A stretch of 64,000 bases of DNA from an uncultured Chloroflexia bacterium (GCA_963797095.1 CAWCNY010000005.1:681507-745506), one strand, 5' to 3'; shown: positions 29,768-40,651, numbered from the stretch's first letter. A program made the numbers and translations. Notes: generated by a model not told the origin, from the sequence alone.

Positions 29768-31150
29768 ATGACTGATGAAATAGCGCTCAATTGCTTGCTG
29801 AACATGCGCACCGTGCCCGCAGCGAGTGAGCCGCGATTGCTTTATCTGCTGATCGATGTAAAGCCGGGCGCGGGGGCCGCGCCTTTACAAGCGCCTATGA
29901 ATATCGCCGTGGTGATCGACGTAAGCGAGTCGATGCGCCTCCCCGTGCTGTCACAAGAGCAGTTCGAGGAGTTATCGCGGTTGGGGCATGTGAACCAGAC
30001 CACATCTGACGGGGTGCCCGTGTGGACCTTCAAGAGCATTCCTGAGCATATTCGGAAGCGAGCGCCATCTAACCTTGAGGCTGTGCAGGCGTCTATCTCG
30101 CAGGCAGCCCAGCATTTTGAGGGCGGCGACCGGGTATCGCTGGTGGCCTTTGCCGACCAGCCGCAGGTGCTATTGAGCGGGCTGGCTGGAAGCGAGCTCG
30201 GGCAGGTGTTGGATGCTGTGCAATCGTTAGAGCAGGTGAAACTGGGCGATGGCACGGATATAGCTAAGGGGTTAGAAGCGGGGCTGACCGAGGTGCACAA
30301 AGGCATGGGCAACAAGGCCAATTTCGTAAACAGGGTGCTGGTGCTAACGGACGGCTTTACGCAGGACCCCGTCAAGGCCACCGCAAGAGCGAAGCAGGGG
30401 CGGAATGTGGGGATAGCGGTCAGCACGATAGGTATTGGTACGGAGTTCAACGAGAAGTTGCTGCTCGATATGGCAGATATCAGCCTGGGGAACGCCTATT
30501 TCGCACGCACACCAGCCGAGATACCGCCCGCCTTCGGGCAGGAGTTGGCGGCTGTACAGTCGGTAATCTTGAGAGATATAGAGGTGGAGATGAAGTTCAG
30601 CACGGGGGTGGAAGTAAGGAGGGCCTACAGGGTGCGCCCGGCCATCGCCACCGTGCGAGACGCCCGGCGCGAAGGGCGCGCATTGGGCGTGACGATGGGC
30701 GACCTGGACCCTGCGAACCCGCCCGCCTTGCTGGTGGAGTGCATCATCCCCACCCATGCAGGGGGCACGTTCAGGATCACTAGGGTAACCGCCACGTACA
30801 AGAACGAACATGGCGAGCGAGTGCCGGGGGCAACCTCGGACGTGGTGGTTAACTATTCCACCAGCAAGCGCAAGGACGAACCCGATCCGATGGTGATGAA
30901 CACGGTAGAGAGGGTAACGGCATACGCACTGCAAACGCGGGCGCTGGACGACCTGGCGACCGGGAACGTGGCAGCAGCCACCCAGAAGTTGCGTGCGGCA
31001 GTTACAAGGCTGCTGACGGTAGGAGAAACAGCACTAGCGGACGCTGTGCAAGCAGAGGCCGCGCGGTTGGCCCGAAGTGGGGAAGTGTCGCCGGAGAGCC
31101 AGAAGGAATTGCGCTATGCGACGCGCAGGCTTACGCAGAAGTTGGAGTAG
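29768..31150 (+). CDS. von Willebrand factor A (vWA) domain protein
   Basis: MIDAS DVSES, GTD, VLTDG, STIGIG; beta-sandwich region and helical C-terminus. Confidence 0.9.
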   Translation: MTDEIALNCLLNMRTVPAASEPRLLYLLIDVKPGAGAAPLQAPMNIAVVIDVSESMRLPVLSQEQFEELSRLGHVNQTTSDGVPVWTFKSIPEHIRKRAPSNLEAVQASISQAAQHFEGGDRVSLVAFADQPQVLLSGLAGSELGQVLDAVQSLEQVKLGDGTDIAKGLEAGLTEVHKGMGNKANFVNRVLVLTDGFTQDPVKATARAKQGRNVGIAVSTIGIGTEFNEKLLLDMADISLGNAYFARTPAEIPPAFGQELAAVQSVILRDIEVEMKFSTGVEVRRAYRVRPAIATVRDARREGRALGVTMGDLDPANPPALLVECIIPTHAGGTFRITRVTATYKNEHGERVPGATSDVVVNYSTSKRKDEPDPMVMNTVERVTAYALQTRALDDLATGNVAAATQKLRAAVTRLLTVGETALADAVQAEAARLARSGEVSPESQKELRYATRRLTQKLE

Positions 31151-31244
31151 CTGGTAGACGGGGTGTAAGTTCCTGGTTCCGACTACCGGCTTCCAGTGCC
31201 TCAATCGAAACAAAGGTTGTTAGCCAGACGTATAACATACTGAG

Positions 31245-33540
31245 ATGTCACGAATTTGCCCTATTTGTGGAAAGATGAACCCGGACACGGCGGGCAGTTG
31301 CGATGTGTGTGGAACACCGCTGCACGCGACTGAAGCCGTGGGCGCAGGCCAGGTGAATGGTGTGGCTGTGCAGACTGTGGGCAGCGCCCTGGGTGCGTTT
31401 GGGAATGGGATCGATTCTATTCTTGGCCCCGGCGACGCGCTACCGTCCGGGCAGCCGATGAGCGGGCCGATCTGCCCCAAGTGCAGGCGGGGCAATCGTG
31501 CTCATTCGGCGTTTTGCGCGTATTGTGGATACAGGTTGAAGTCGGACAACGGCACCGGCAATGGGCTTGCTCCTCATAATGGGTCGAACGGATTGCAGGC
31601 GCAGGCTTACGCCGCCTCAGCAGTATCGCCCGCGCCGCCTACATCACCTATGCCGCCGGTGGATGGGTCGGGCAACATACCGGCAGGGGTCATTCTCAAG
31701 AGGAGATTCCGCATTCCTGCGAAAGATCGCGCAGGGCGGTATGGGCGCGGTCTACGAAAGCCTGGACGTTACCGAGAATGACGGCAGGCGCTGGGCGGTG
31801 AAGGAGATGAGCCCGGCGGCCCTCCCGGCCAACGAGCGGACGGCTGCCGTGGCCGATTTCAGGCGGGAAGCGTCGATTTTGCACGGGTTGAAGCACCCCA
31901 ACCTGCCCGAAGTGCGCGAGACATTCGAGGAGATGGGCAGGTATTTCCTGGTGATGGAGTTCATCGCCGGGCGCACGCTGCTGAACCTTGTGGATATGAC
32001 GCCGGGCTTCATTCCGGAAGAGCGGGTCATGGTGTGGGCGCGACAATTGATCGAAGTGCTGCACTATCTCCATTCTCAGGACCCGCCAATCATCTACCGC
32101 GACGTGAAACCGGCCAATGTGATGCTGGTGGAGGGAACCGAGCGGATCAAGCTTATCGACTTCGGCATTGCGCGGTTCCACAGGCAGGGCAAGGTGCAGG
32201 ACACCGAGGCATTCGGGACGGCGGGCTACGCGCCTCCTGAGCAGTACGGCAAGGGACAGACCGACCAGCGCTCGGATATTTACGCGCTGGGGGCCACGCT
32301 ACACCATATCCTGACCAAGCAGGACCCCAGCCTCAACCCGTTCAATTGGGTACCCGCGCGACGGATGAACCCTAACGTATCACCCGCAATGGAAAACGCC
32401 CTGATGATCGCCACCAGCCTCGACCCTGCGCGTAGATTCAGGACAATCGAGGACTTTGGGCAGGCGCTGGGCGTCTACCTGCCGGGTGGGCTTGCGCATG
32501 CCAAGCCGATCATGGTAGGTCTCAACAACCCACGCCCGTATGTGGTATCCGCGCCGCCACCGCCGGTGATTCCAACAGAACCCATACCTGCTGCCAAGCC
32601 CGCAACAGCCACGTCAACGAGCCAGAAGCCGCGCACAAGCACATCGAAGAAGAAGACGACTTCGAGCGCGGCGGCGACGCCTGCACCTGCCAAGCCCGCG
32701 TCGAAGGTCACACCTGCCGGTGCTGCGCTTACGCCTGTACCGATTGTGGCATCAACTTCCTCGGCTGGGACAGTGATCGAAAACTCCGAGGTGCTGATAC
32801 CGACCAACACCGGCGTTGTGGACGAGAGCCAGGTAGCCACGCCACCGGCAACTTCTACTGCGGTTGCTCCGGTTGCCCAGCCTGCGCTGCCCGCCGAGAA
32901 GAAGCAGGAAAGTGGCAAGCCGGTGCTGGCTCAACAGATACTGGACCTGGGCGAGGCGCGTTGGAACAGCCGCGTTACCAAGAAAGTGCCTGTTACAACC
33001 ACCGGCGGGGCAGTGAGGGGGATGGTACTTGCAACTCAACCGTGGATAGCTTACAATCCACAGCACTTCCAGGGAAGCGCGGTCAGCATAGATGTGCACG
33101 TTAAGAGGCGTCAATTGAAGTTTGGACGCGTGGAGTTGCAAGTCCCGAATCTATTCGCTATTATATGGGCACGGTCACGCAGGGTCCTACCATTCATCCT
33201 GGTGTGGTTCTGGTTACTACTCCTGCTGGTAGGCACACTTGGTAGGATACTTCTGACCACAGCAGCGGTGGCAATAGGAGGGCTGCTGGTGCTTGAGGGT
33301 CTGATGTGGCTGTGGGCACAGCACGTTCGCCTGCTTGTGCCATCGGAGAGGGTCAATACGGGACGATTGATGGTGAAAAGCTCTGGCGGCGACAGCAGTA
33401 TCGAGGTGCGTGTGCTTGCCAGGCCATCATGGGTACAACGCACGGTAGGTTGGTCGATTGCTCTATTATTGTTCGTAACCGAGATAGTTCTGGCGACGTG
33501 GACTGTCCTGTCTCTGTTCGGGATCGAGATACCGCTTTGA
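31245..33540 (+). CDS. Double zinc-ribbon Ser/Thr protein kinase with C-terminal TM helices, +1 frameshift at 31716-31717
   Basis: Removing one C from CGCATTCCTGCGAAAG gives RRFRILRKIAQGGMGAVY and joins ORFs 31245 and 31561; AVKE, YRDVKPAN, DFG and APPE are intact. Confidence 0.85.
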
Positions 33541-33552
33541 GGAGGAATAAGG

Positions 33553-35127
33553 ATGAGATGTCCTAATTGTGGAAATGAAAACCCACCTGATTACCTGTTC
33601 TGCGACGAGTGCGGGGCACGGCTCATCGGCAACGATGTGGCTGCTATGTCAGGCACCCAGGACGCGGGCACAGACATGGACGCCGGTGGAGGTGGAGGTG
33701 GCGACAGCGCCATGTCCACGCAAGACCAGGCCGGAGCTGATATGGGAGGCGCAGCCAACTATGGAAGCTATGGCATGGGAGCCGACCAGTCTGTGCAGGG
33801 TGATGGTATGGGCGACATGGGCATGAGCGACGCAAACAACGGCGCAGCCCAGATGGCCGCCGACAGTGCGGACGATGAGACAGGGATGTCAGCTGTGCCC
33901 GTTACAGAAGATACAATGGCCGGTGAGGGCGCAGGAGCAGCAGAAGCAGCGCCTATGCCGGACGTGATCCGGCCGCTGACACCTATAGCTTCAAATGCGG
34001 ATCAGGACGCATCCATGGCCGATCAGGATGTGCAAGCAGGGGCATCCGCCAACGACGATGCACAGGAGAGCATGTCCGGGCCTGCCGATGATGCCAGGAT
34101 GGCGGTTGATGAGGGCATGGCCGAGGCGACAGGCATCTCAGGGAGCGCAGCCAGCATAAGCTCGATGCCCGACGCCGGGTATACAGAGGACGAAGCAGTA
34201 GCTGTGCCGATGGGCGATGTAGCCGACGAGAGCGGGCTGGCTGGCGCGGCGGGCAGCGAATGGGCTGCACATGCGCTTGATCTGTTGAACAGGGCACAGG
34301 ATGCCCTTTCAAACGCAGATTGGCGTATGTTCGGCGAGTTCATGCACAATCTGAAGTCGTCGTTGCAAGCGTCAGCGGCAGGAGCAGCAAGCTCAGCGGG
34401 TGCGATGCCGGTGGCACAGCCGGAAAGCGAAGCGCCCGCGATGCCTATGAGCGCTGATAGCGATATGTCGGGCACGCAGGCGCAAGATATGGGCGGTGCA
34501 AGCCCTAGCGCAGGTATGGCAAGCGACGCGGGCGCAGACAGCACAATGATGAGCGGCTCTCCAAGCAGCATGGCTATGGATGGAGGAGCACCATCAGCAC
34601 CGGCGACATACGAAGCCCCGCCGGTGGCCCCGATGAGCAGCACAGCCGATAGTATGGACAGCGGTATGCAGGCTACGAGTATGGATGCGGGGATGAGTAC
34701 AGCAAGCGCACCTTCGGAAGCGATGATGAACGCAGCGCCCACCAGCCCGCCTCCCACAGTCACCCCAATGGCATCAACTCCACCGCAGCCCGCCCCCGCG
34801 CCCTCCGGTGCCAGGCTGATCCTCATTTCGACAGGCGCTGAGATGGCGCTGCCCGACCAGGAGGAGATCACTGTTGGGCGCGAAGACCCCAGCAGCGGCA
34901 TCTTCCCCGATGTTGACCTGACTCCTTATGGAGGAGAAGACGGGGGAGTGTCTCGCAGGCACTCCAGGCTGCTCCATATAGGCGACGACTACTTCGTGGA
35001 GGACTTGCAGTCTACCAACTTCACCAAGCTGGACGGCCAGCGCCTGCCGGCGCATGTGCGCGAGCGGTTGGAAGATGGAGCGCGGCTCGATTTCGGACGC
35101 GTGGCGATGATCTTCCGCCGGGGGTAA
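33553..35127 (+). CDS. Zinc ribbon - acidic low-complexity linker - FHA domain protein
   Basis: CPNCGNEN...FCDECG; Ala/Asp/Met/Ser-rich middle; VGRED, VSRRH, DLQSTNFT, LEDGARL. Confidence 0.9.
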   Translation: MRCPNCGNENPPDYLFCDECGARLIGNDVAAMSGTQDAGTDMDAGGGGGGDSAMSTQDQAGADMGGAANYGSYGMGADQSVQGDGMGDMGMSDANNGAAQMAADSADDETGMSAVPVTEDTMAGEGAGAAEAAPMPDVIRPLTPIASNADQDASMADQDVQAGASANDDAQESMSGPADDARMAVDEGMAEATGISGSAASISSMPDAGYTEDEAVAVPMGDVADESGLAGAAGSEWAAHALDLLNRAQDALSNADWRMFGEFMHNLKSSLQASAAGAASSAGAMPVAQPESEAPAMPMSADSDMSGTQAQDMGGASPSAGMASDAGADSTMMSGSPSSMAMDGGAPSAPATYEAPPVAPMSSTADSMDSGMQATSMDAGMSTASAPSEAMMNAAPTSPPPTVTPMASTPPQPAPAPSGARLILISTGAEMALPDQEEITVGREDPSSGIFPDVDLTPYGGEDGGVSRRHSRLLHIGDDYFVEDLQSTNFTKLDGQRLPAHVRERLEDGARLDFGRVAMIFRRG

Positions 35128-35134
35128 AATCCGC

Positions 35135-35181
35135 AAGATCTAAAAAACCTGGACGCTGAGCGTCCAGGTTTTTTAGATCTT
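35135..35181. terminator. Bidirectional terminator between the two convergent signalling operons
   Basis: Perfect palindrome AAGATCTAAAAAACCTGGACGCT-G-AGCGTCCAGGTTTTTTAGATCTT. Confidence 0.9.
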
Positions 35182-35186
35182 ATCAA

Positions 35187-37775
35187 TTACATATTGTTAA
35201 GCGCAGTCGGGTGATCGGCCATGGGAAGGTATTCGGTCACATCGATCACGATAGTGGTGATATTGTCGTGGCCACCTGCCTGGTTGGCAAGCTCTATCAG
35301 GTCGTGGGCAGCCACGTTGGGATCGTCGGTGTTAGCGAGGGCATCTTCGATAGCCTCGTCTTCAACCATGCTGTTGAGACCGTCAGAGCAGAGAAGGAGG
35401 CGGTCGCCCGGTTGGAGGGTACGCACAAAAGTATCCACTTCCACAGGGGGTGGTCCACCGAGCGAGCGGTAGATGAAGTTGCGGTGCGGGTGTATCTTAG
35501 CCTCTTCGGGGTCAAGTTGGCCTAACTCCACCAGGCGATGCACCAGCGAGTGGTCCACGGAGACCTGGGAGAGGGTATATTCGCTCCTGTCGATCTTGGG
35601 CTTGCCAAGATCAAGAGGGATTTCAGGCGGGGCAGATGGCATGAGGGGAGCGGTACCGGCGAGGGGAGTGGTGCCTTTGACGATTGGCGCGGTCTCGCGG
35701 ACGGCGGCTTCGGCTGAGCTACGCGGCCTGGCATAGTGATAAATCCTGCTGTCGCCCACGTTTACGATATAGGCTTTGCCCCCCGCTACGAGAGCGGCCA
35801 CTATGGTGGTGCCCATGTCGTTCTGGCGGTTATCCCTGGCGCGATAGATGCGCTCGTTAGCCGATTGCACAGCGCGCACCATGCCCGCGAATATGGCCTC
35901 GTTGTTGGGCGCAGCACGCTCGGCAGGAGCCGCTATAAGAGAAGACACGACGCGGGACAGCACCTCGCCATAGAAGGCCTGTACGGCCAGGGCGCTGGCT
36001 ATCTCGCCGCCTTTGTGCCCGCCCAGACCGTCGGCAACCACATAGAGGCCAACGCGCAGCGGACGCTCGGCGCTGCCCTGTACAAACTCGGCCATGCCGA
36101 AAGAGTCCTGGTTGTTGTCGCGCAGGCGACCAACGTTGGTAAGACCGGCGGCGGTGAAAGCGACCGGGATGCCTGGTCTCTCAAGCTCGGCCACCGCCTC
36201 CATAGCCACGGCCAGGAGGTCGCGCCAGCGAGCCGCGCTGATGGGAGGTGCTATGCCCTGGGCAGGCTCGATGGCGGTGCGGAAGGCAGCGCCTACCTGT
36301 TCAGGAGCCGAGGACGGCATGGGCAGGATGCCCTCAGGGCTGAGGGAGGCAGCTTGGCCTGTGTAGGCTTCGTACATCGTGCCCGCAAGACGGGCCAGGT
36401 CGATCACCTGGTTCTGGGTCATCTCATCGACACTCTCCACCCGCGTGCGGGCGTTCTGAAGAGATGCAAGGGATGCGCGATCGCCTTGAACCAGGATATC
36501 GTCGGCTTCGGCACCGGCACCGACCACGCCACGGCTATGCAGATAGTCGAGGGCATCGGCCAATTGCATGGCCCAGTTGAGGACCTGGCCACCGTTGCGG
36601 GGGAGGCTCAACTGGCTGAGGCGCACACCCTGGCGAGGCTCGGCGACCGCGTAGTATCGGGTATGGCCGAACGGTTTGTAGCTGAAGAAATCTATCACCG
36701 GCACGAGGTTAGGGTGATACAGGTTGAGATCCATGATGCCGGGGTCCTGCATGAGGCTGGTTGGCATATAGCTCTCGGCCATCAGGTAGAAGTCAGCGGT
36801 GGCTTGGTCGGTTAAGGCCGTGCCGCAGTGAGGACAGTCTGCAAGGTCTACGCTGGAGATACGCCCGCAAGTTGGGCATTTCTGCTGCTTCTTCGTGGAA
36901 ACACGGTAGAGATTGCGGTCCTCACCGTGGTGCAGCAGGCTGCCGACCACATATTTGTTGTCAATAACGAAGTTGACGGCGAGAGGGGTAAGTTCCTCCT
37001 GCACTTCGGACTCAAGTTGAGGGCTGGTCTCAAGTCCCGGATCGGTATCGCGGTCCTCAAGCTCAGATATAGGAGATGCAGCCGTAGGATCCGCTGCGGC
37101 CTCCGCATGTACCGGACTTTCGCCTTCGGCGTCGCGTACGGGTGGGGCAACATCTTCTCCTTGTGCGGCCTCTTCCGATACTTCTACAGGTTCGACAGCG
37201 GTACCCTCTAGCTGCTGAACGGCCACAGCCTCATCCTCAGCGATTAGCGGGGCCTGTGCAGCATCTTCCACGGCTGCCATTTCGGGAGATGCCTCCTGGG
37301 TAGCAGGCTCACGTGGGGCGAGGGCTTCCATAGGAAGAGGCGAGGTCTGAGGTACGACCTTTCCACCACGCCTGGGGCGGACGGGGAGGTCGGGCGTGGG
37401 CGGCAAATCAGCTACGGGTTCCGCCTCCACACCATTTTCAGCAACCAATTCCGCCTCAGCACCGGTTTCCATACCTGATGCCGCCTCGGTACCGTTTCCC
37501 CCAATCGAAGCTGCGACCTCATCCTCGGCGGTTTCATCGGGCAAGTACATGCCCTCAGGCAATCTACCCAGGAGAGCAGCGGCAGCCTCGTTCTCATCGT
37601 CGTACTCATCTTGCTCAGGGGACATTGGAACATCCTGCTGGTCGGCAACCGGCTCAGATTCTGCCACATTCTGCTGGTCGGCAACCGGCTCAGGTTTGAT
37701 GCCGGGATCGGGATCGCTCTGGGTTTCGTCTGGCGGTGGGGCCTGTTGTTTAGATGTGCGGCGTATCCTATTCAT
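35187..37775 (-). CDS. Acidic N-terminus - zinc-ribbon pseudokinase - PP2C (PPM) phosphatase fusion
   Basis: NQDSF, VADGLGGH, MGTT, NVGDSR, LCSDGL and GGHDNIT intact; kinase-like HPNLVPVIDFF and QLADALDYLH, but no HRD or DFG. Confidence 0.88.
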   Translation of the reverse strand: MNRIRRTSKQQAPPPDETQSDPDPGIKPEPVADQQNVAESEPVADQQDVPMSPEQDEYDDENEAAAALLGRLPEGMYLPDETAEDEVAASIGGNGTEAASGMETGAEAELVAENGVEAEPVADLPPTPDLPVRPRRGGKVVPQTSPLPMEALAPREPATQEASPEMAAVEDAAQAPLIAEDEAVAVQQLEGTAVEPVEVSEEAAQGEDVAPPVRDAEGESPVHAEAAADPTAASPISELEDRDTDPGLETSPQLESEVQEELTPLAVNFVIDNKYVVGSLLHHGEDRNLYRVSTKKQQKCPTCGRISSVDLADCPHCGTALTDQATADFYLMAESYMPTSLMQDPGIMDLNLYHPNLVPVIDFFSYKPFGHTRYYAVAEPRQGVRLSQLSLPRNGGQVLNWAMQLADALDYLHSRGVVGAGAEADDILVQGDRASLASLQNARTRVESVDEMTQNQVIDLARLAGTMYEAYTGQAASLSPEGILPMPSSAPEQVGAAFRTAIEPAQGIAPPISAARWRDLLAVAMEAVAELERPGIPVAFTAAGLTNVGRLRDNNQDSFGMAEFVQGSAERPLRVGLYVVADGLGGHKGGEIASALAVQAFYGEVLSRVVSSLIAAPAERAAPNNEAIFAGMVRAVQSANERIYRARDNRQNDMGTTIVAALVAGGKAYIVNVGDSRIYHYARPRSSAEAAVRETAPIVKGTTPLAGTAPLMPSAPPEIPLDLGKPKIDRSEYTLSQVSVDHSLVHRLVELGQLDPEEAKIHPHRNFIYRSLGGPPPVEVDTFVRTLQPGDRLLLCSDGLNSMVEDEAIEDALANTDDPNVAAHDLIELANQAGGHDNITTIVIDVTEYLPMADHPTALNNM

Positions 37776-37810
37776 TTATACTCCGTATCATGATTGCCAT
37801 TGGATAAGTT

Positions 37811-37850
37811 CCGAGTACTGAGTACTGAGTATTGGGTATTGAGTAGCGAG
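37811..37850. repeat. 7-nt tandem repeat (GAGTACT family)
   Basis: gagtact gagtact gagtatt gggtatt gagtagc. Confidence 0.8.
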
Positions 37851-37909
37851 TTCCGGGTTCGTGGTTGTGACTTCCTGACCTGGTTCAGTGAATCCTTTCG
37901 CATGTAAAG

Positions 37910-38935
37910 CTATGGGATGCGATAAACGAAGCGGACGCTGCCGATCCGTAATTGATCGCCGTTGGAGATGGCAGCAGCGGTGTTGGCTTCCAGCCGGGTA
38001 TCGTTGATGAACGTGCCGGTGGGAGCGCCGAGATCTGTAACGGAGAATGAGCCATCGTCGTTGCGGAGAAGCTGGGCGTGGCGCGGGGCGACAGTGGAGC
38101 CACCCGCAAAGACCTTATCTATCATGATGTCGCAACCTGATGCCGAACCAAGCACGATACGCTTGCGAGAAAGGACGTATTCCAACTGCTCATCTGTACG
38201 GTCGAGGGTCTCCAGGTAGGGCATATCTTCGGTGACTACATCGGCAGGTGGAGACATGGTCGCGATGATGGAGGCACGCACGGGGCGCAAGTCCTGACCG
38301 CAATTATGACAGAAGTTCTCGTTCCAATCGTTTTCGGTGTTGCAGTTGGGACATGTAAGAGTGGCAGGAAGGGTGGAAGGGGCAGAAGGCGCGGGCGCGG
38401 CGGCTGCTGTGGCAGCAGGAGTTGTGGTGGTTGTGGGAGCAACTGTTGGTGTAGGACGGACGCGTGGAGCGGCCGGCGCTGCCACTGTGGGACCCGCGGC
38501 ACTAAGCATGGGACGTCGCGAGCGCAACATAAGCACAACGATCACGCCAAGCGCAACCACTACGAGCAGGATGATCGTTATCAGCCAGGGGAAGCCCCCG
38601 GAAGGGGACGCAGCGCTGGGTGTTACGTTCTGGCCCGGAGGGGCTGTATCTGAGTTGGGGTTAGCGGGCACACCGTCACCGGTAGGCACCGCTGCGGGCG
38701 GCACACCGCTGGGGGCAGGCAGGGGAACTGTCGGTACTTCCACGGGGGCGGTGGCCTGTGCGAGCGGACCTGAGAGCGATTTAAGAGAACCTGATGCCTG
38801 GGCAGCGCCCCAACCGAATGCCAAAATGAAGACGAGGAAGAGCGCCGAAATGGAAATAACGCCACTAAGCGTGCCCGCTGATGTAGCGCGACCGGCGCTT
38901 CTAGCTGAATGTGTGCGATTAGTACGATGGTTCAA
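37910..38935 (-). CDS. Membrane protein with cytoplasmic zinc ribbon and degenerate FHA domain
   Basis: AGGAGG RBS, TTG start; signal/TM helix, Pro-rich linker, TM helix, CPNC..N..FCHNCG, FHA fold (DLGAPTGTFIN, ISNGDQLRIG). Confidence 0.85.
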   Translation of the reverse strand: MNHRTNRTHSARSAGRATSAGTLSGVISISALFLVFILAFGWGAAQASGSLKSLSGPLAQATAPVEVPTVPLPAPSGVPPAAVPTGDGVPANPNSDTAPPGQNVTPSAASPSGGFPWLITIILLVVVALGVIVVLMLRSRRPMLSAAGPTVAAPAAPRVRPTPTVAPTTTTTPAATAAAAPAPSAPSTLPATLTCPNCNTENDWNENFCHNCGQDLRPVRASIIATMSPPADVVTEDMPYLETLDRTDEQLEYVLSRKRIVLGSASGCDIMIDKVFAGGSTVAPRHAQLLRNDDGSFSVTDLGAPTGTFINDTRLEANTAAAISNGDQLRIGSVRFVYRIP

Positions 38936-39043
38936 TTACGAAGTTTCCTCCTGGGTATATCCGGATTCCGGTTTAGTCACAAGAACCCATTATACCAGCC
39001 ACGTTCTGGAAACGGCAATCTTTGGATGGATTACAGACGATAT

Positions 39044-39106
39044 GTGACGAGTGGCGCGTGGCGAGTGACGAGTGGCGCGTGGCGAGTGACGAGTGACAAG
39101 TGGCGG
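39044..39106. repeat. 7-nt tandem repeat (GTGACGA/GTGGCGC family)
   Basis: About nine heptamers in the intergenic space. Confidence 0.85.
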
Positions 39107-39115
39107 GCGATGAAG

Positions 39116-40651
39116 TTAGCCTCCGAGGATAAAGTTGCATTGGACTTTGCCGATGCGAACCCGATCGCCATTGCGAAGGCGAGTGGGAACGCCACCGGGC
39201 AAGCGGCGATCATTGAGGAAGGTGCCATTGGCGCTTCCCAGGTCTTCGAGGAAATAGCCACCAGCATCGGAGAGGATGCGAGCGTGCTGCCTGGATACGT
39301 AGGCAGCGGGGTCGTTATAGGTGAGGTCGAGGTGAGGGAATATCTGGCGCGAGAGGCTGCGGCGGCCTACGTTGAAGGGGTTTTCGAGGATGCGCCGCTC
39401 CCAGAGCACACCGTTGGGGCCTAGCACCTGGATCTTGCCGGGCGGCCTGCCCGCTAGCGATGCTCCACAGCGCCCGCAGAAGTGGGCCTTGCCCTGGTTG
39501 GTAGCCCCGCACACCATACAGACCTTATCTGTGCTGGGTATGGGCTGGATGGGTTGGATGGGCTGGCCGGGGTTGGTAGGAGGCGCGGGTATGGTAGGGG
39601 AGGTGGGAGGCATACCAAGCCCAGGGTTGGAGACGACTTGGGGATAGGCCCCCTGGCCCGGGTTCGCCAACGGCTGGATGGGCGAGATAGGGGAGATGGG
39701 GTTGATTCCAGGCTGGGTGGCAGGGTTGGAAGGCAAAGGTTGGATTAGCGAAGCCCGCTCGTCGCCGACGGGAGCGGTGTAGGGTTTGCCCAGGCAGGAA
39801 CGCAGCTCATGCTCGAGGATAAGGGCGGTCTGCGGGCGTGCGTTCATATCACGCGACATGGAACGAATAACGAGGATCTCTGTCTTGGGGCTGATGCGGG
39901 GGTTATGGTCGCGCAGATTGGCGGGGGTGGTGGCGGGAGTGGGTGGCCTGCCGGTCAGCAGGTGGTAGAGAGTAGCCGCCAGCGAATAAACATCTGAGCG
40001 GGCATCGGTCTGGCCTTTGCCGAACTGCTCGAATGGAGCGTAGGCGGCGGTGCCCATAGACATAGTGTCTTTGCGCTTGCCCTCTTTGTAAGTGCGCGCT
40101 ATGCCGAAGTCGATCAGCTTGATCTGGGCGTTCGGCATGATCATAATATTGGCGGGCTTGACATCGCGGAAGATGATGGGCGGGTCCTGGGTATGCAGGA
40201 ACTGGAGGACTTCGCACATCTGGATGCCATACTGAAGAGCCTCTTCCTCGTTCATGGGCTGGCCGTGCAGGCGGTCGATCTTCTTTTCAAGCGATTCGCC
40301 AGGGATCAATTCCATTACGAGGTAGGGCCTGCCGCCTTCGGTAAAGAAATCCGTGACGCGGGGAAGGTTATGGTGGCGCAGATCGCTAAGTATCTGGGCC
40401 TCGCGTCTGAAGGCTTCGAGTAGCTGACGGCGTTCTTCGCGCTCGCGGGCGTGATCTTCTTCGGTCTGGGCGGCGGGAGGGCGAGCAGCGTGGGACTCTA
40501 TATCGGTACGCATCTCTTTGACGGCCACATGCATACCGCCGTTGCGGGTATCCTCGGATTTATACACAGCGCCCATGCCGCCGCCCCCGATCACGCGCAG
40601 GATGCGGTAGCGGCCACGCAACATATAGCCGATGGGAAGAAATTCGTACAT
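39116..40651 (-). CDS. Ser/Thr protein kinase - Pro-rich linker - zinc ribbon - FHA
   Basis: GGGGMGAVY, AVKE, FRDVKPAN, DFG, APFE; CMVC..N..FCGRCG; VGRR, VSRQH, DLGSANGT. Confidence 0.93.
   Translation of the reverse strand: MYEFLPIGYMLRGRYRILRVIGGGGMGAVYKSEDTRNGGMHVAVKEMRTDIESHAARPPAAQTEEDHAREREERRQLLEAFRREAQILSDLRHHNLPRVTDFFTEGGRPYLVMELIPGESLEKKIDRLHGQPMNEEEALQYGIQMCEVLQFLHTQDPPIIFRDVKPANIMIMPNAQIKLIDFGIARTYKEGKRKDTMSMGTAAYAPFEQFGKGQTDARSDVYSLAATLYHLLTGRPPTPATTPANLRDHNPRISPKTEILVIRSMSRDMNARPQTALILEHELRSCLGKPYTAPVGDERASLIQPLPSNPATQPGINPISPISPIQPLANPGQGAYPQVVSNPGLGMPPTSPTIPAPPTNPGQPIQPIQPIPSTDKVCMVCGATNQGKAHFCGRCGASLAGRPPGKIQVLGPNGVLWERRILENPFNVGRRSLSRQIFPHLDLTYNDPAAYVSRQHARILSDAGGYFLEDLGSANGTFLNDRRLPGGVPTRLRNGDRVRIGKVQCNFILGG

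Noticed and set aside
35736-36815. 359-aa plus-strand ORF
   Set aside because: Antisense to the PP2C fusion; no recognisable domain.
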